A stretch of DNA of 63,303 nt, counting the filler, from Trichodelitschia bisporula (taxonomy: Eukaryota): the NCBI GenBank assembly GCA_010356995.1. It is 9 parts of 5 records of this genome, joined end to end, with 100 filler letters (N's around TTAATTAATTAA, not from the genome) between each part and the next. Parts side by side here need not be neighbours in the genome. Positions count along the whole stretch, not along the records: positions 28,256 to 37,836 come from ML996690.1; positions 37,937 to 39,094 come from ML996691.1; positions 39,195 to 59,721 come from ML996691.1; 6 more parts are not named here. One strand, written 5' to 3'. Shown here one piece after another: positions 34,686 through 46,991 of this stretch. Positions within the stretch are counted from its first letter, which is position 1, and each line of letters starts with the position of its first letter. The position numbers were made by a program, and so were the translations under genes. The notes beneath the pieces are model-generated. The model made no database searches, had not been told where the DNA came from, and saw only the letters and a list, made by a program, of their open reading frames with translations.

Positions 34686-36891
34686 TCAGCCGGACGCTCC
34701 CTCAGGGCCCCCGGCAGCACAACACTCCTGCTTTGCGAGCCACTCTGCCTCGCGCCGATCAAGCACCGCCGCAACCTCCGGCAACTCCAGAATCGCACAG
34801 CCGATGGCGCGCGTGGCCATGGCGTCAACCTTTGCGTCGTGGAACTTGGCGGACGTGGCCGCCTGCCACGCCTTGAGGTTCGGGTAAGTCCGCTTGAGAC
34901 CGTAGAAGACCGCAGATAACCCGTAGGCGTGGCTGGGGAAGAGGTGGGGAACGAGGCTCACGACGTCGACGTAGGAGGCCCCGGCAAAGCGGCCGGGCAC
35001 ATGCCGAGCTGGCGAGACGATGCCGGTGAAAGGCGCGGACAGCCGATCGAAGGCGGCGACGTCCACAGAGCTGCACCATCAGGGGAGATGCCGGCAGTTG
35101 TCCGAGCTTCGCAGCGCACTCAGCCAGCGTCACGCCGCACGTCCACATCCCACCGTAGAGTTTCGTGAGACGAAGAGCATCCACACGCGACGCACCCAGC
35201 AAGCTGGCCTCGTTGCAGAGCTCTTGTACGGACATGTCGTAGCCGATGTTGTAGCACCGTCCCTGCTCAGCCAGCAGAGCTGCGTGGGGATGCCCGGGCG
35301 CGCTGGGAGAACAACGAACTCAGAATCGACGATGAACGTGTTTTTGGGATGCGCCCGGAGGCAGTGGCGGAGCAGCAGCAGGGCATTCACGTCGTCCTGC
35401 TCCAGATTATTCACGTCCGCCACCCGCGTGACCTGCTCGAGATCCTGGATGCCCTGCGCGATGGCGCGCACATGCACGATGCGGTAGAAGACGCCCTCGT
35501 GCGCGACTGGCTTGTGGCACCCCACCATCGCCTGGCAATACGGCTTCTCGTCGGCCTACATGTGGGGGATGCTGGGGTCGAGCCAGCCGCCAGCAGAGGC
35601 GTTGAAACCCGGGAGGAAGTCGAACTCTGTCGCACTCTCGTCGAGGACCGTGGTAGGGACCGCTTTGCGTTCGCCGCCAACGCAAGCTGGTTCAACAGTA
35701 CCATGCCGAACGGCACAATCGGGACGTTAACGCAGAGCAGCGGGGTTACGGTTCATAACGCGCCGCCAGCTTGCGTCCAGTGAGGTGTAGACGCAGCCGC
35801 CCAGCGTCCAGTAGTCGGCGTAATAACGCGGCACCCAAGTCGCGGCCGCGTTCAGATTCCCGACGGGGAAGAAGGCGTGAGGCGTCCACAGGGTGCAGCC
35901 GCCAACCGCCTCAAACCGGTCGACGAGCGGCTTGAGTGCCGCTTCAAGCTCCGGTATGTACGCCGGCACATGGGCCATCGGATCGTCGCTCGGGCGGCAG
36001 CTGGCAGTCCAGACCTTGTGGGCGAGATATGCGGGCGTGTTCCGCGCACCCAGCTCATGCATGAGATTGATGCTGTGGCCGGAGCCAAATGCAAGCAGTG
36101 CGTCTCTGTCGAGGCGCCCGAAGACGTCAACGCCAAGGGGCAGCCTGAGGTAGCGCACCTTGTCGTCGCGATCCAGCGTAATCACGGCCATGTACTGCAG
36201 CGGCGCCTTGGGGCCGACATCGATGCGCATCGGGACGACGGTGTCGACGCCAGCGGGGGCAGTCCAAGCCAGCTGCGCGCAGAGCGTCGCCACGGTGCTC
36301 CGCAGGTCGTGCTGCACCAAGCCCGCGAAACCCGCGTAGGGAGTGGGTGGCGGCGCCTGGTACATCTTCTTGGCCAGCTTGCAGACTTCGGTGGCCGCGG
36401 TGGGCGAGGGGTCGCGTTTGTACGAGTACGGGTCGAGGATGTTGACCGCCGGGAGCATTGGCTGCGTCTTGGGATCGACCGAGTTCCAATGCTTGGATGC
36501 CTCTTGGTCGTCGTACTCCTTTTGGCTCATGGCCCACCGCTTGTGGTTGTCCGGCGTCACGGGCACCGCAAGCTCACGCTGCTTGACCCACTTGGAGAGC
36601 TTGTCCCAGGGGAGGAGGGATATCTTGGTGTTGGCTTCAACACGGGTGATCTCAGCGCGGGGCAGTTCGAGAATGTCGGGCCAGAAGCCACGATGGTATC
36701 CATCTTGTTCCATCCAACCCCTGAATTTGTCAATGAGACCCATTGTCTTTGACTTCCGTGCCGGTGAAGCCGTGGCGAGCGCGGACTTAGGCGCTGAGCG
36801 CGGAGGCGGACGCCCACGGGCGCTGGGTGGCCGGGTCAGCGGCCAGAAACTCTGCGTAGACTTGCTCCGGCGATGGCTTTGGATTCGTCAT
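34686..36891 (-). pseudogene. Large pseudogene with a C-terminal DEDDh (DnaQ-like) 3'-5' exonuclease domain
   Basis: Joined frames give ExoI FIVDSEF, ExoII SVDVAAF and ExoIII FHDAKVDAMAT. In-frame TAA/TAG stops and frameshifts; the N-terminal ~400 aa are unrecognised. Confidence 0.6.
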
Positions 36892-36999
36892 TGTGGGAGG
36901 TGGTAGGGAGTGGGTGTGTGAAGGTAGGCGAGGATATGGGGAGGTGATAGGCGGGGAGATGGGGTAGGCGATGTGTCGGCGACGGGCGGCGGGCCGGTG

Positions 37000-37102
37000 G
37001 AGGCGGTTTGCTGTGAGGGTAGGCGGTTTGCGGAAAGGGAGACGGTTTGCGGAAAGGGAGGCGGTTTGCGGAAAGGGAGGCGGTTTGTGGAAAAGGGAAG
37101 CG
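37000..37102 (+). repeat. ~19-bp minisatellite GGAGGCGGTTTGCGGAAAG, about 5 copies
   Basis: Read directly; lies upstream of the exonuclease pseudogene. Confidence 0.85.
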
Positions 37103-37253
37103 ATTTGCTGAGAGGTGTAGGTGACAAGTGGCGGCTTGCACCAGTGCACGCGTGCTTGCTCACTATCGAACAATTGCGGCGCGCTCAGGTCAAAATTGGT
37201 GGTGCGTCTGCGACGTGCGGACGTGAACCGGGGTGCAAACGCGCGTAGTTACG

Positions 37254-37447
37254 TGTTGGTGGTGGCTGAGATGGCGCGGCGGTGCAGCGGCCAGCGAGAA
37301 GTTCAACGCGACGACATCTCACCCATTGACTAGCCGTGGGAAGTGAGCTAGCAGTGGGATGTGAGCCGACTATATACCTCGCCAGGAGACGACCCCTCTC
37401 TCCTGGCTCCACTCCAGCCACCCCAGGTTGCCGCCACAAATTCAACA
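37254..37447 (+). mobile_element. Probable solo LTR, family B
   Basis: TGTTG...TTCAACA ends; the 3' ~97 bp are shared with 39622-39718. No TSD and the left boundary is uncertain. Confidence 0.6.
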
Positions 37448-37509
37448 GCCTACATCGTGGGTCTTGGCTGCGTCATGTGACACACAGCCTTGAAGTGATG
37501 TTTGCATGG

Positions 37510-37836
37510 TCACCGCACTCGGTCTGCAAGCCGCCTCAGCCATGTCCGGCTCTTCCCACTGCCACCCGGGCCAGGACCCAGCGATGCGAGCTGCTTTTCT
37601 ATGCGCTGGCATTTTTTATGGGATGGCCCCAAGACGGTTTGATAACGGGCAAGTGCTCTCGACAGCATGTCTTTAGCCTCGGTTGGCCGCCCCTGTTTTT
37701 GGGAAAGACCCCCAAGATTCCACATCGTGTTGAGCGCTGGAGGGAATTTGGAAATAGCTTCAGAACTGTAAGCCTCCTAGTAGCCTTGCAGCGCCCGCCT
37801 GTACATCTCCTCCGCCTCGGCCAGCTTGCCTTGGGA
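37510..37836 (-). pseudogene. C-terminal TPR repeats of an NLR; partial, with an in-frame stop
   Basis: QGKLAEAEEMYRRALQGY*EA..LNTMWNLGGL..QGRPTEAKDMLSRALARYQTVLGPSH. Confidence 0.8.
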
Positions 37837-37936
37837 NNNNNNNNNNNNNNNNNNNNNNNNNNNNNNNNNNNNNNNNNNNNTTAATTAATTAANNNNNNNN
37901 NNNNNNNNNNNNNNNNNNNNNNNNNNNNNNNNNNNN

Positions 37937-39094
37937 TGCAGCAAGGCATCCCAGTTGTCCCTAACCTGCGGTAGTCCGGGCATCCACAGAGGCATTTTGC
38001 TTTGAAACCGCCTTTTTACAAGACTTGCTGTCGGGGAAAATACCAGCGCGCTGCAATATGTTTGCAAGGGAGCTAGTTCGATGGCTGACCGGTTGTAGAG
38101 GACAAATCGTTTGATGTCATGAACAAACTCCGATAGTCGGGGACACCTCTGCGCCTGAGCCAAGTATCAGCCAAGTATCCCCACTCTGCTTTACGTCCAG
38201 CTTACCGATATCATGGACTTCAGAGACGCGATGGCATGAAACCCTTCGTAAACCGTCTGCATCCAGCCAAGCGTCTCAAGCCAATGAAGGAGATGCTTCT
38301 TTAGAAACTGATGGACTCGGTCGTCATCTCTAAGCTGAGAACCGCCCTTCTCAAGATGCTGGATCCAGTAGAGGCATGCGTACTGAACTTCGGGAGGAAG
38401 ACATCGGTCGACTCGACTCGACTCTTTATCTGTTGCAAGTGCACCTGGTTGGCCGATCTCCAATTGGTCCTGCTTCAAGAACTTGCGCATCAAGCCCATG
38501 GAATTTTTGGCAAGGGTTTGATGCGCTTGCTTCTCGTCTACCCAGAAACCCGTATCTCCGCTTCTCCTCGAATCGAGAAGGAAGTCACGAAACGAAGGAT
38601 GATGTAAGCGAAGTGCATTGGCTGGCTCTTCTGGAATGTCCAAGATTGCGTGAAGATCATTCAGTGCCCCATTCACTTTAGATTGGGGGATTTTGAGAAG
38701 CCCACTCAAGGATTGGGCGGAAAGTGGATAGAACAGGACCACGATGCTCCCAAGCAGTTCCTTCAATGTGGATCGCAGCTCATCTGCATCATCGTCTTCA
38801 TAGTCGGTAAGGGATTGGCGAAGAACAGTCGCGTAGATCTCGTCGAGATGCTTCTCTGGTACTTTCACAGTGCTGTGGCTTTGACCGAGGATCAAGCTTA
38901 GTTTCTTGGGAGCCAATGTTCTTCCTTGTTGAATAAAACGGCATGCGGTTTCAGCCCAGATGAACAGACCACTGGCGTTTTGGACAAGAGAGTCGATGGC
39001 TTGCTCGCCTGGCCAATCTTTGCCAAAAGAGCGTTCCCGGGCTAGACGTTCGAGCTCGTGCCGTAGGAAGAAGCGGATATCATTGTCAACAGTC
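37937..39094 (-). CDS. Internal fragment of a NACHT-WD40 NLR (post-NACHT helical region)
   Basis: [38 protein letters not shown]; intron 38156-38206; then [14 protein letters not shown]. Gaps on both sides. Confidence 0.88.
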
Positions 39095-39194
39095 NNNNNN
39101 NNNNNNNNNNNNNNNNNNNNNNNNNNNNNNNNNNNNNNTTAATTAATTAANNNNNNNNNNNNNNNNNNNNNNNNNNNNNNNNNNNNNNNNNNNN

Positions 39195-39367
39195 GTTGGC
39201 TTTCTGTTGGTGGTTCTCTGGAGGGCAAGTGGTAAGGTTGAGGTCTGGCTGACGTTGCTCGCGGGGGCAGGTGTAGTGGTCTCACCAGCAACAGGTGAGG
39301 AGGGTCGTGAAAGACTGGAAGAGGCATGGAAGCGGCCCCGTATCCGGATCCGCTTTGCAGGTGGCAT
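39195..39367 (-). CDS. 5' end of an NLR (MPPAKR leader class); partial
   Basis: Paralogous to the starts at 57074 and 62430. Confidence 0.75.
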
Positions 39368-39577
39368 CTTGGAAATAATGATGCTAGTCAAGAAATTGCG
39401 GACTTGTGAAAATGCAGGAGTGGAACTGGAGGTTAAAGGCGAGGCTTTGGGGCTTCGAGCTGAGCTCAACTGCGGGGCAGAATGCCAAGAATTGAGGCTG
39501 TGAGCTGCCGGGCGCGGAGGGGAGGACGAGATTGGAGGAGACACAGCCACATGCCACGGGGCATCGAGTTCTCCTAC

Positions 39578-39718
39578 TGTTAAAATGAAGTGTGAACTTG
39601 ACTGAGTTGCTTAATCGACAAGCAGTGGGAAGTGAGTTGAGTATATACCTCGCCAGGAAACGGCCCCTGTCTCCTAGCTCCACTCCAGCCACCCCAGGTT
39701 GCCGCCACAAATTCAACA
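39578..39718 (+). mobile_element. Probable solo LTR, family B (141 bp), non-matching flanks
   Basis: TGTTAA...TTCAACA; flanks CCTAC / AGTAT; joins the DUF3435 remnant to NLR upstream DNA. Confidence 0.7.
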
Positions 39719-39719
39719 A

Positions 39720-40310
39720 GTATTACTGGATCAAAGATAAGCTCCTTCGTTTCAGTAAGAAGGTGGGTGGCTCTGTTATATCATTTTTAGCCTGCAAGAG
39801 CCAAATTGAAGTTCCTTACGGTCTGGGATTTCACTCGTATCTTTGGGAAAGAGGAGGTCGACCTCCACAACCTGTTGGAATGCGGTGGCTGTGTTCAGCC
39901 TCGCCCAGTTTCAGCCACAGGGCTCGAGTATAAGTAGACTCGGGGTCTCCACTTCTTTGACAATTAAGCAACTTGTTCATGGACAGACCTTCGGTCTAAC
40001 TTGTGATGCTGTGATGTTTCCATTAACCTCACACCTCCTTTTAACATAAACAGCTTCGGCCGCATCCGCTCCGCATCGCGAATCAAGGAGAGCTTGACAT
40101 ACTCGTAACGAAGGACTCTGGGTAGTTCACCATGACCTCGTTTGGCGTAGTTCACACTAGTAGTGCCGCTGGCCTCGTTGCCGTATCCATAGAAATGAGT
40201 AACACCAAGGCCACTTGGACTCGTAATCTCTCGTTGGTATACTGCAGTTTGTCCAACTTCCAAAGATAGTTAAGAAAGATCATCATATCGAAGGTTCTTG
40301 CAGCTGCACA
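39720..40310 (-). pseudogene. DUF3435 tyrosine recombinase (Starship captain-like) remnant
   Basis: Manual translation: FDMMIFLNYLWKLDKLQYTNERLRVQVALVLLISMDTATRPAALL, frameshift, VLRYEYVKLSLIRD..KL, [LTR], VVEVDLLFPK, probable intron, ETKELIFDPV. Confidence 0.75.
39873..40046 (-). mobile_element. Solo LTR, family A, inserted in the DUF3435 remnant
   Basis: 174 bp; degenerate TSD CAACC/TAAAC. Removing the LTR plus one TSD copy restores the recombinase frame. Confidence 0.88.
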
Positions 40311-42031
40311 AAACTGCTTCCATTGACTCTGGAGTCGCTTGTGGTTGTGGGTTGCCGACTTAGAGTATCTACTTAGTAGTGGGCGATTTTTCAGCCTTGA
40401 GAGTTTTGGCGGAAGTGCTCAAAGAATTGTGTGAGAAAAGATTGATTGCCCCGCTTATTACCTTTTCTAATTTACAGGAATGAACAGTATATGTCCGTAA
40501 TGGTCCTCCAGGATGTTCCTGAATTTCATCGGACTTCGGCGTCATCCATCTTCACCACTTCGGTGTTCGCCGTGCCAAGCCTGACTTTCGGGTATCCTGA
40601 CATTGGGTATGCTGACAGAGAGAAGGTGAGCGTAGTTTTGCGTCGACATTGGAATTGAGGGTGGAAGCATAAAGTTTGGCTCGGGGGGAGTGTTTGGGGA
40701 TATTTAAATCAGACCATTAACCAGTTTACCTCCCAGCTCTCCTCAAGGCCATCTAACGGAGGCCCCACGTAAGGCGTGTAACAACGCCATATTTGTCTTC
40801 CCAGAGGCCTTTCAAGATTGAAAAATATAATTGAGAATTCCATTATCTAGTCGCGCGCTTAATGCAGATAACTTCTATTGGACAATATTCGCCAAGGCTG
40901 ATGACAAAGCACTCAAAGTGTTGGTCCAGATACGGAAATTCCCAAGTCGGGAACGCGGACGTAGGTGCAGTCTCTGACCTGTGGCCGTATGTGTACGATG
41001 ACGGCTGTACAACTCTCTTGAAACAATCCGACGCAGACGATGTCAATTTCTCGCTGGAGGAACTGCATCCATTCGGAACAGGCCCTCCAACCCCGCTAAA
41101 CAGCAAGATGAGGCCGGCACAATCTAGAGTATTTTTTGCTCTCAACGTGCAGCATCTCAGAATATTGTTGACAAAGGTCGCAGGAGCCATCTTCCGCCAC
41201 ACTCGCATCTAGTTCAACCATCCGGAGCTGCGCATGGCATCCGGCACAGGCTCGGCCCCCAGTGAAGCACGCTCATTCATAATCATGTAGCTCAAACATA
41301 CCGCAGGTAGACCCTCGACGACATTAATTCATCAGCCATGCGGCGCAGTACCACACAGTACAATTCCGAGGGTTGATACTGTATCACATACTGGGGCTGG
41401 CGGCCTCTCGGTTCGGAGCCTTGGCACCACAGCCTGATCACAATCCCGCTTCCGTCACAGCCCCACGAATTCGATATCTAGAGCCGCAGTGCATGCAGAC
41501 CAGTATACCACGAATAATTTCGAAGTAACTATACACAGTGCAATGTGTCGGCGTCTCTAAAGGGAAAGTTAGTCCGATTTCTGATGTCTGCCTGCGTGCT
41601 CGGCGCATATTATCGCCCGTTAAAGCGTATTGCTTGTGGTGGCGCTGCAGGTTGGCATATTGCACAAGGCTAAGCCGTACGTCTTGGTTACTGCATGACT
41701 GGATTTCAATTCGGATGGTCATTGGGCCCTGATGGCTACACAGGAAATGGGGGTCGGAAAAATCGTCGCACGCGATCAGGCTGCGAAGGACGGGTGCCAT
41801 GACTATTGGACCATCTCTCGCATTCCATGCAGCGCCTCCATGCACCTAAGTCCTGTCGGTAAAAGATGGACGTATCGATAATTGGTTTGAGCTCGCCGTG
41901 AGGCAGACACGGCTGCGGGAGGGGCTGCGCCCATAAGACCCTCCCCGCGGGGGTGGCTACAAAGTTGAGGAAAGCTCACGGAGGTCTGCTCAACGAGCCT
42001 TCCTGCTTGCATTTTCCATCAGCTCACCAAA

Positions 42032-44558
42032 ATGATGAGGTACCAGCACGTTGCTGGCGAAGACCGAGATGCCGGACGTGGAGCGACGGCATCCGCACAG
42101 GTCGAAGATATTGAACTCGACGCCAGACTCCGAGCGACAAGGCACCCTGTGCCTGATGGAGAGGACTTCAGACGTCGAGCAACTGCATACACACAGGTCG
42201 ATGATGACGAAGACGCCGGGCCCCGAGCGACAATGCACACCGTACCAGATAGAGTGGATGCCGGACCACCAGCGCCGATTGCCACGGCAGTCGAAGCCGG
42301 AGCAAGATTTGGGCACCTGGCCGCAAGCCGCCCGTGGGAACAGGTGAGCCCCGCCGCCTCTGCGACGGAGTCCGGTCCCTCGAATCGTACCGAAAAGGGG
42401 TCCGCCCCTTATTCAGGCAAGAAGTCACACTCCTTGAAAGGGTGGTGGACGGAAGCTGGCATCCTCTTTCTCGGCTTCGGCTTGTTAGCTGCCATCATCA
42501 GCGTCCTAGCGACGTACCATGGCAAGGTTCAGCCGAAGTGGAAGTACAGAATCAATTTGAACACATTGGCTGCTGTAATGTCAACAGTTCTGCGCGCCTG
42601 TCTGATCTCTGTTGTCGAAGAAGGTCAGCTCGATTTTTTGTGCCCTGTGGATACTAAGGAAGTCAGTAATCAGTCAGCTGAAATGGTACTGGCATCGTCA
42701 ACCTCGTCCGCTTCAGCACCTATCGTACTTCGACAGGGCAAGTCGTGGGCCATGGGGTTCATTTCTGTTCCCCATTCGCCTTCGAAAATTGTAAGTGCCT
42801 CGATCAACGCAGACATCCACTTACAAATCCAGCTCTATTGCTCAACTGGGTTGCTTTCTTACACTAGCCTCCTTTGCCATCGGGCCGTTCACGCAGCAAG
42901 CCGTTCGCTCAGTACCTTGTGACCGGGACTCTCCAAACTTCCGACCGTTCTTTCAGACTGCAAGCAAAATCGAGATGGGAGCAATCACCCGAGTCGGCCC
43001 GGCTACTTATTCTATCGATGGCCCGACCAAGGGTGCAGTTATTAGTGCTCTGGCAGACCCGGTGGCAAATCAATCCCTCGCGGGCATCATGGGAGGCTGT
43101 GGAACCGGCAACTGCACTTTCCCTGCAGAGAACGGTATCACCCATTCTACGATTGGAATGTGCACAAAGTGCATCGACACAACAAGATTCATCGAATGGG
43201 TTCCAGGAGTGATGGGCAATGAGAGCACTCCGGGTACTGAGTCCTCGATGCGTCTACCCAACGGACTGAACATCACGGGCCCCCCTTTCACCTGCCTTAC
43301 AAGTCAGTTCGACAACTCCTTGGATTGGATGATTTCCCTAGCGGATGACGAATTCCATGCAGCAGGAGAAAGCGGGATTGTGAAGTGGACATCGCTACAG
43401 AGTACGGCTGTGGGCTGCGACTATGGAACAAACCATTCGACACACCCGGGCACCTGGGACTGCGATAGGACGAAGAGCATGAACGTAAGTGGCAACGACG
43501 AATTCGTGACTTTGAACTACATTGCTACAACATGCGTCGTCTACCCATGCACGCGGCACTACCACGGTCGAGTCCAGGAAGGCGAACTTACCCAATCGCT
43601 GGTATCCGAAATCCCCGCGCCGGTTTTCGCTGACGACGATTTGATAGAGGCTGTCTCTACCGGGCCCATGTATCACGATCCTGGGTACGGCTACGCGCCA
43701 TTTGCGGGCCTTAAGAGAGAATGCTCCGTCAACGGGGCTCGCTTATGGCTAGCGAAGGTGAAGAGATTTGCACCGGACTCTGCGCATCAAAGCCCACGTG
43801 AGCAAGAAATGCACGGATATCATTTTCATCCGACGAAAGCCACCTTTAACGCGACCACTGAAGGCGGGTCGACCGTAAATCTGCCCATGGACTGCATCAA
43901 TCCCATCTCAGGCCTCTTCGTTGAAGCAATACGTTCGTTTCTCGCCTCAATCCTGCCAGGCAGCTGCGCTCTTCCCACACCCCCGTCCGGCTTTCCTTAT
44001 GGGGATGACTACTATGGGCCCTGGTTTCACGAGTACCGCGACTTTAGTTATGTGAACTGCAAGACGGACGTACTGGCGGAGTCATGGTGGCTCAACGGCT
44101 TTTACAATGGCGGAAACGCCACGCACGACACCATTGCGGGCACCGTCGGCGCCATGGCTGAAGCGATGACGTCGCGGATGCGACTGGTGGGTGTCAGCAA
44201 AGACACAAACCAAAGCGAAAAGGTGTTCGGCAAAGCTTCGCACACTACCATCTGTACCGAGTTTGATGCCTGGTGGATGGCAATGCCGGCGGCGGCGCTC
44301 GCCCTGGGTACCTTATTTTTGGCCATTGCGGTAGTGCAATCAACCTATGATGGCAATCCGCCACTGTGGAAGTCATCAGTATTGCCGCTTGTCTTTGCGA
44401 ACCCGGGGGAGCTTGGGGAACCGGCGGGGAGTATGAAGGAGATGGAACAGGCGGCGAAAGTCATTGAAGTGGAACTAGTGAAAACAGGGAACGGGTGGGA
44501 GTTTGTGGGAGGGCCTGGACACTCGCAGGTGGGAAGTGGGAGGGCAACTCCGGTTTGA
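42032..44558 (+). CDS. DUF3176 family membrane protein, paralog A
   Basis: WWTE..TM..INLNTL..ISQLKWYW..RPLQHL.YFDRASRGPWGS, PFTQQAV, CGTGNCTF, C-terminal TM and PLWKSSVLP. Two short introns (from ~42624 and ~42791). Confidence 0.85.
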
Positions 44559-44922
44559 GTCTTTGCTGTCAGCGGGGAGAAGTGTTTCGCACGCTTTGGT
44601 CGGATAGGCATTTGGTGTGGTGCTGGTTTGGGGAGGTCTCCGAGAGGTTCTGCACAAGTCAGAGAAGAGCGGACAAGACATGAAATCAACTATACAACCA
44701 ACAGGAATTCCCAAAACCCCAAGCAAAATGATTACATCGAAGCGAAACGCGCCCCCAACCGTCCAGACCCATAACCCATCAGTCATTATCATAATCATCA
44801 CCATCATCATAAGTACATCCCCTCGCTCATCGTACGCTCATCCCCTCATCCATCTTTTGCACATCCCCTCAGTCGTCCCGTACACACACCCTCTTCAACC
44901 ACCCATCAACTCCCCTAAACCC

Positions 44923-45645
44923 CTAAACCCACCCCTCCAAATACCCCCTCACACTCGCCTCATACGCCTCCCTCAATCCAGCCACACTCGCCTCCGCCCT
45001 CAACTGCCGCAGACTCCCCCCCCTCGGCGCACTCTTCCGCCTCAACCCGCGCGGTCCCCGCCCAGGTTCACTCCAAGCACTTCTTTCCGACCACGTACTC
45101 CTTTCCGACCACCCGCTCTCCTGCGAATCGCAGCTCTGCCGCCGTGCCGCCCGCGCCGATTCAGCGTACGGGCGTGTGCGCACCGGGACGGGGGGGGCGA
45201 TGGCGCTGGTGCTGATGGAGGAGGTGGAGGGCGTGGGAGATGAGGGCGCGTAGGCGTAGTAAGTGTGCGCTGGATTGGCGTACGGGCTGGCGTACGGGCT
45301 CGTGGCGTGTGCGTCTGCCGGGTACACATCCGGCGTGTACACATCCGGAACAAAACTAAACCGCCGGTCCGCGGGCGCAGGCGGGTCGAATACCGGGAAT
45401 GGTTCAGTTAGTGTTGCCGGCGGGAGGCAAAGGCTGTTTTCCCGCGAAGGAGGTTTTGACGGGGATAATGGTTGTGGAACGGCGGAGGGCGCGCGCGGGA
45501 TGGGGGTGACGGAACGGGCGAAGGGGGTTTTGGGGCGCCGGGCGCCGGCCCATTCGGACATTGCTGCGTTGAGGAGGTGGGTTATGGTGTCTTCGCCCGG
45601 GGAGGGGAGCTCTTCGAAGCTAAATGGGCGGCGGAGGGTGTGCAT
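44923..45645 (-). CDS. Hypothetical Pro/Ser-rich fungal protein (~240 aa)
   Basis: ATG at 45645 in good context (AAAATG); long open frame ending LRRKSAP..SLRQLR..LREAYE..YLEG. Confidence 0.6.
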   Translation of the reverse strand: MHTLRRPFSFEELPSPGEDTITHLLNAAMSEWAGARRPKTPFARSVTPIPRAPSAVPQPLSPSKPPSRENSLCLPPATLTEPFPVFDPPAPADRRFSFVPDVYTPDVYPADAHATSPYASPYANPAHTYYAYAPSSPTPSTSSISTSAIAPPVPVRTRPYAESARAARRQSCDSQESGWSERSTWSERSAWSEPGRGPRGLRRKSAPRGGSLRQLRAEASVAGLREAYEASVRGYLEGWV

Positions 45646-46904
45646 TTTGGGGGGTGGGTGACGGGTGGGGGTGCTGGTTGGGGGGGTGTTGCGCGGGCGC
45701 TGGTGTTGGTTGGGGGGGTGCTGGACGGCTGGTGATGCTGTCAGGGTGGTGTTGCACGGCTGGTTGATGCTGGTCAGACTGCTGCTCGATAGCTGGAGAC
45801 AGGGACAAACAGTTGGACCCAAAATCAACGGCGGGAGTAAGATATGCAAGGCTGGAAATTTGCACGCTGACGCGGGGCAGGGAGGCGGGATCTTATACCT
45901 AGCCATCCATCCTACGATAGCCAACTCGCCAGCCAAAGACAGAGGTTGGAGAAGCAAGGCTAGAACTAAGCTAGCATGTGGATCAGCAGCCGCGAGTGGT
46001 GACGTCCGAATGTCGTTCTCCCAGCCCCCAAGCCCGCTTTACGCCCACCCTGCCACCTGCAAAAGGCGTAAACCACTCGGAGAACTGGGTGTACGCCTCA
46101 GCCGCGCATGGGGATAATGGTTCTCACGCCATATCGAATACCAAACATGTTGCATCACCGCTCATGCTATCCATTTAGGTACCCCCCGGAGACAAATCCT
46201 TCGACAGACACCGCTCTCTTCGCCTCGCCCATCGGTCAGGCCAAACTCCTCCCATTCACACAAACGGTGAAGCTGACACTCGCCCTCAGCCCACGGCCCA
46301 TACCCGAAGAACCCTTCAGCCCTCGTATAAACTCCCGCGCCCCGCCATCGTTCAAACCTCCGCATGCAGCGGGTCGGGAGCGGCGCGCGTTGGCCAGTAG
46401 CGCGCATGCTGCGAAGCCATCTCATGCAGCCCGAGAGAAAAAGGCAATGCAGAAGTTTTTGTAGACACGGCAAACTGGTGGTGGAGGTTGGAGGTGAGGT
46501 TGGGGGGGCGTTGTGGGCGGTGGCTGGCGGCCGTTGGGTGGCTGGGCGCGTGGACGCACGGGCCAGGGCGGCTGCGACTACTGCTCACCTCCTCTCTTAC
46601 CCATCACGACACACAAAATTGCGAGCAAAGGATATCGTGAGAACATGGTGGATTAGCTGTGGCGAAATGATGCTGGAATTAGAAGCTTCAAGTCATTGCT
46701 GCATTCATGGCAAGATTCAAAGCAAGGCGCACATCTTCGCATCATACCCCGCCAAGCAGGACTATCGCAATGGGGCCATGCATATGACGCATGCATATCC
46801 AAGGCCATCCAACACCAAAACCAAGTTTCAGCTCTTGCCACCACTGATATGCCGAGATGCAAAAGTCACGATGGAAATCCCAAGAGAGCAAAAAGGTGAT
46901 GTTC

Positions 46905-46991
46905 TGGTCAGTACGGGGGTCGAACCCGCGACCTTGGCGTTACAGACAAGCCGTATTAGCACCACGCTCTAACCAACTGAGCTAACCGACC
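46905..46991 (-). tRNA. tRNA-Ile(AAT) with a 13-nt intron
   Basis: GGTCGGT acceptor stem, TAGCTCAGTTGG A-box, anticodon CT-AAT-A followed by the intron, GGTTCGACCC B-box, and a T5 terminator downstream. Confidence 0.95.

Noticed and set aside
35877..36752. 291-aa plus-strand ORF
   Set aside because: Antisense shadow of the GC-rich minus-strand pseudogene; no recognisable motifs.
33123..37102. Short tandem repeats as possible CRISPR arrays
   Set aside because: No unique spacers and a eukaryotic context; these are minisatellites.
40843..41212. Cys-containing ORFs as a possible HET-domain N-terminus or the captain 5' end
   Set aside because: No convincing motif in any frame by eye; left unassigned.
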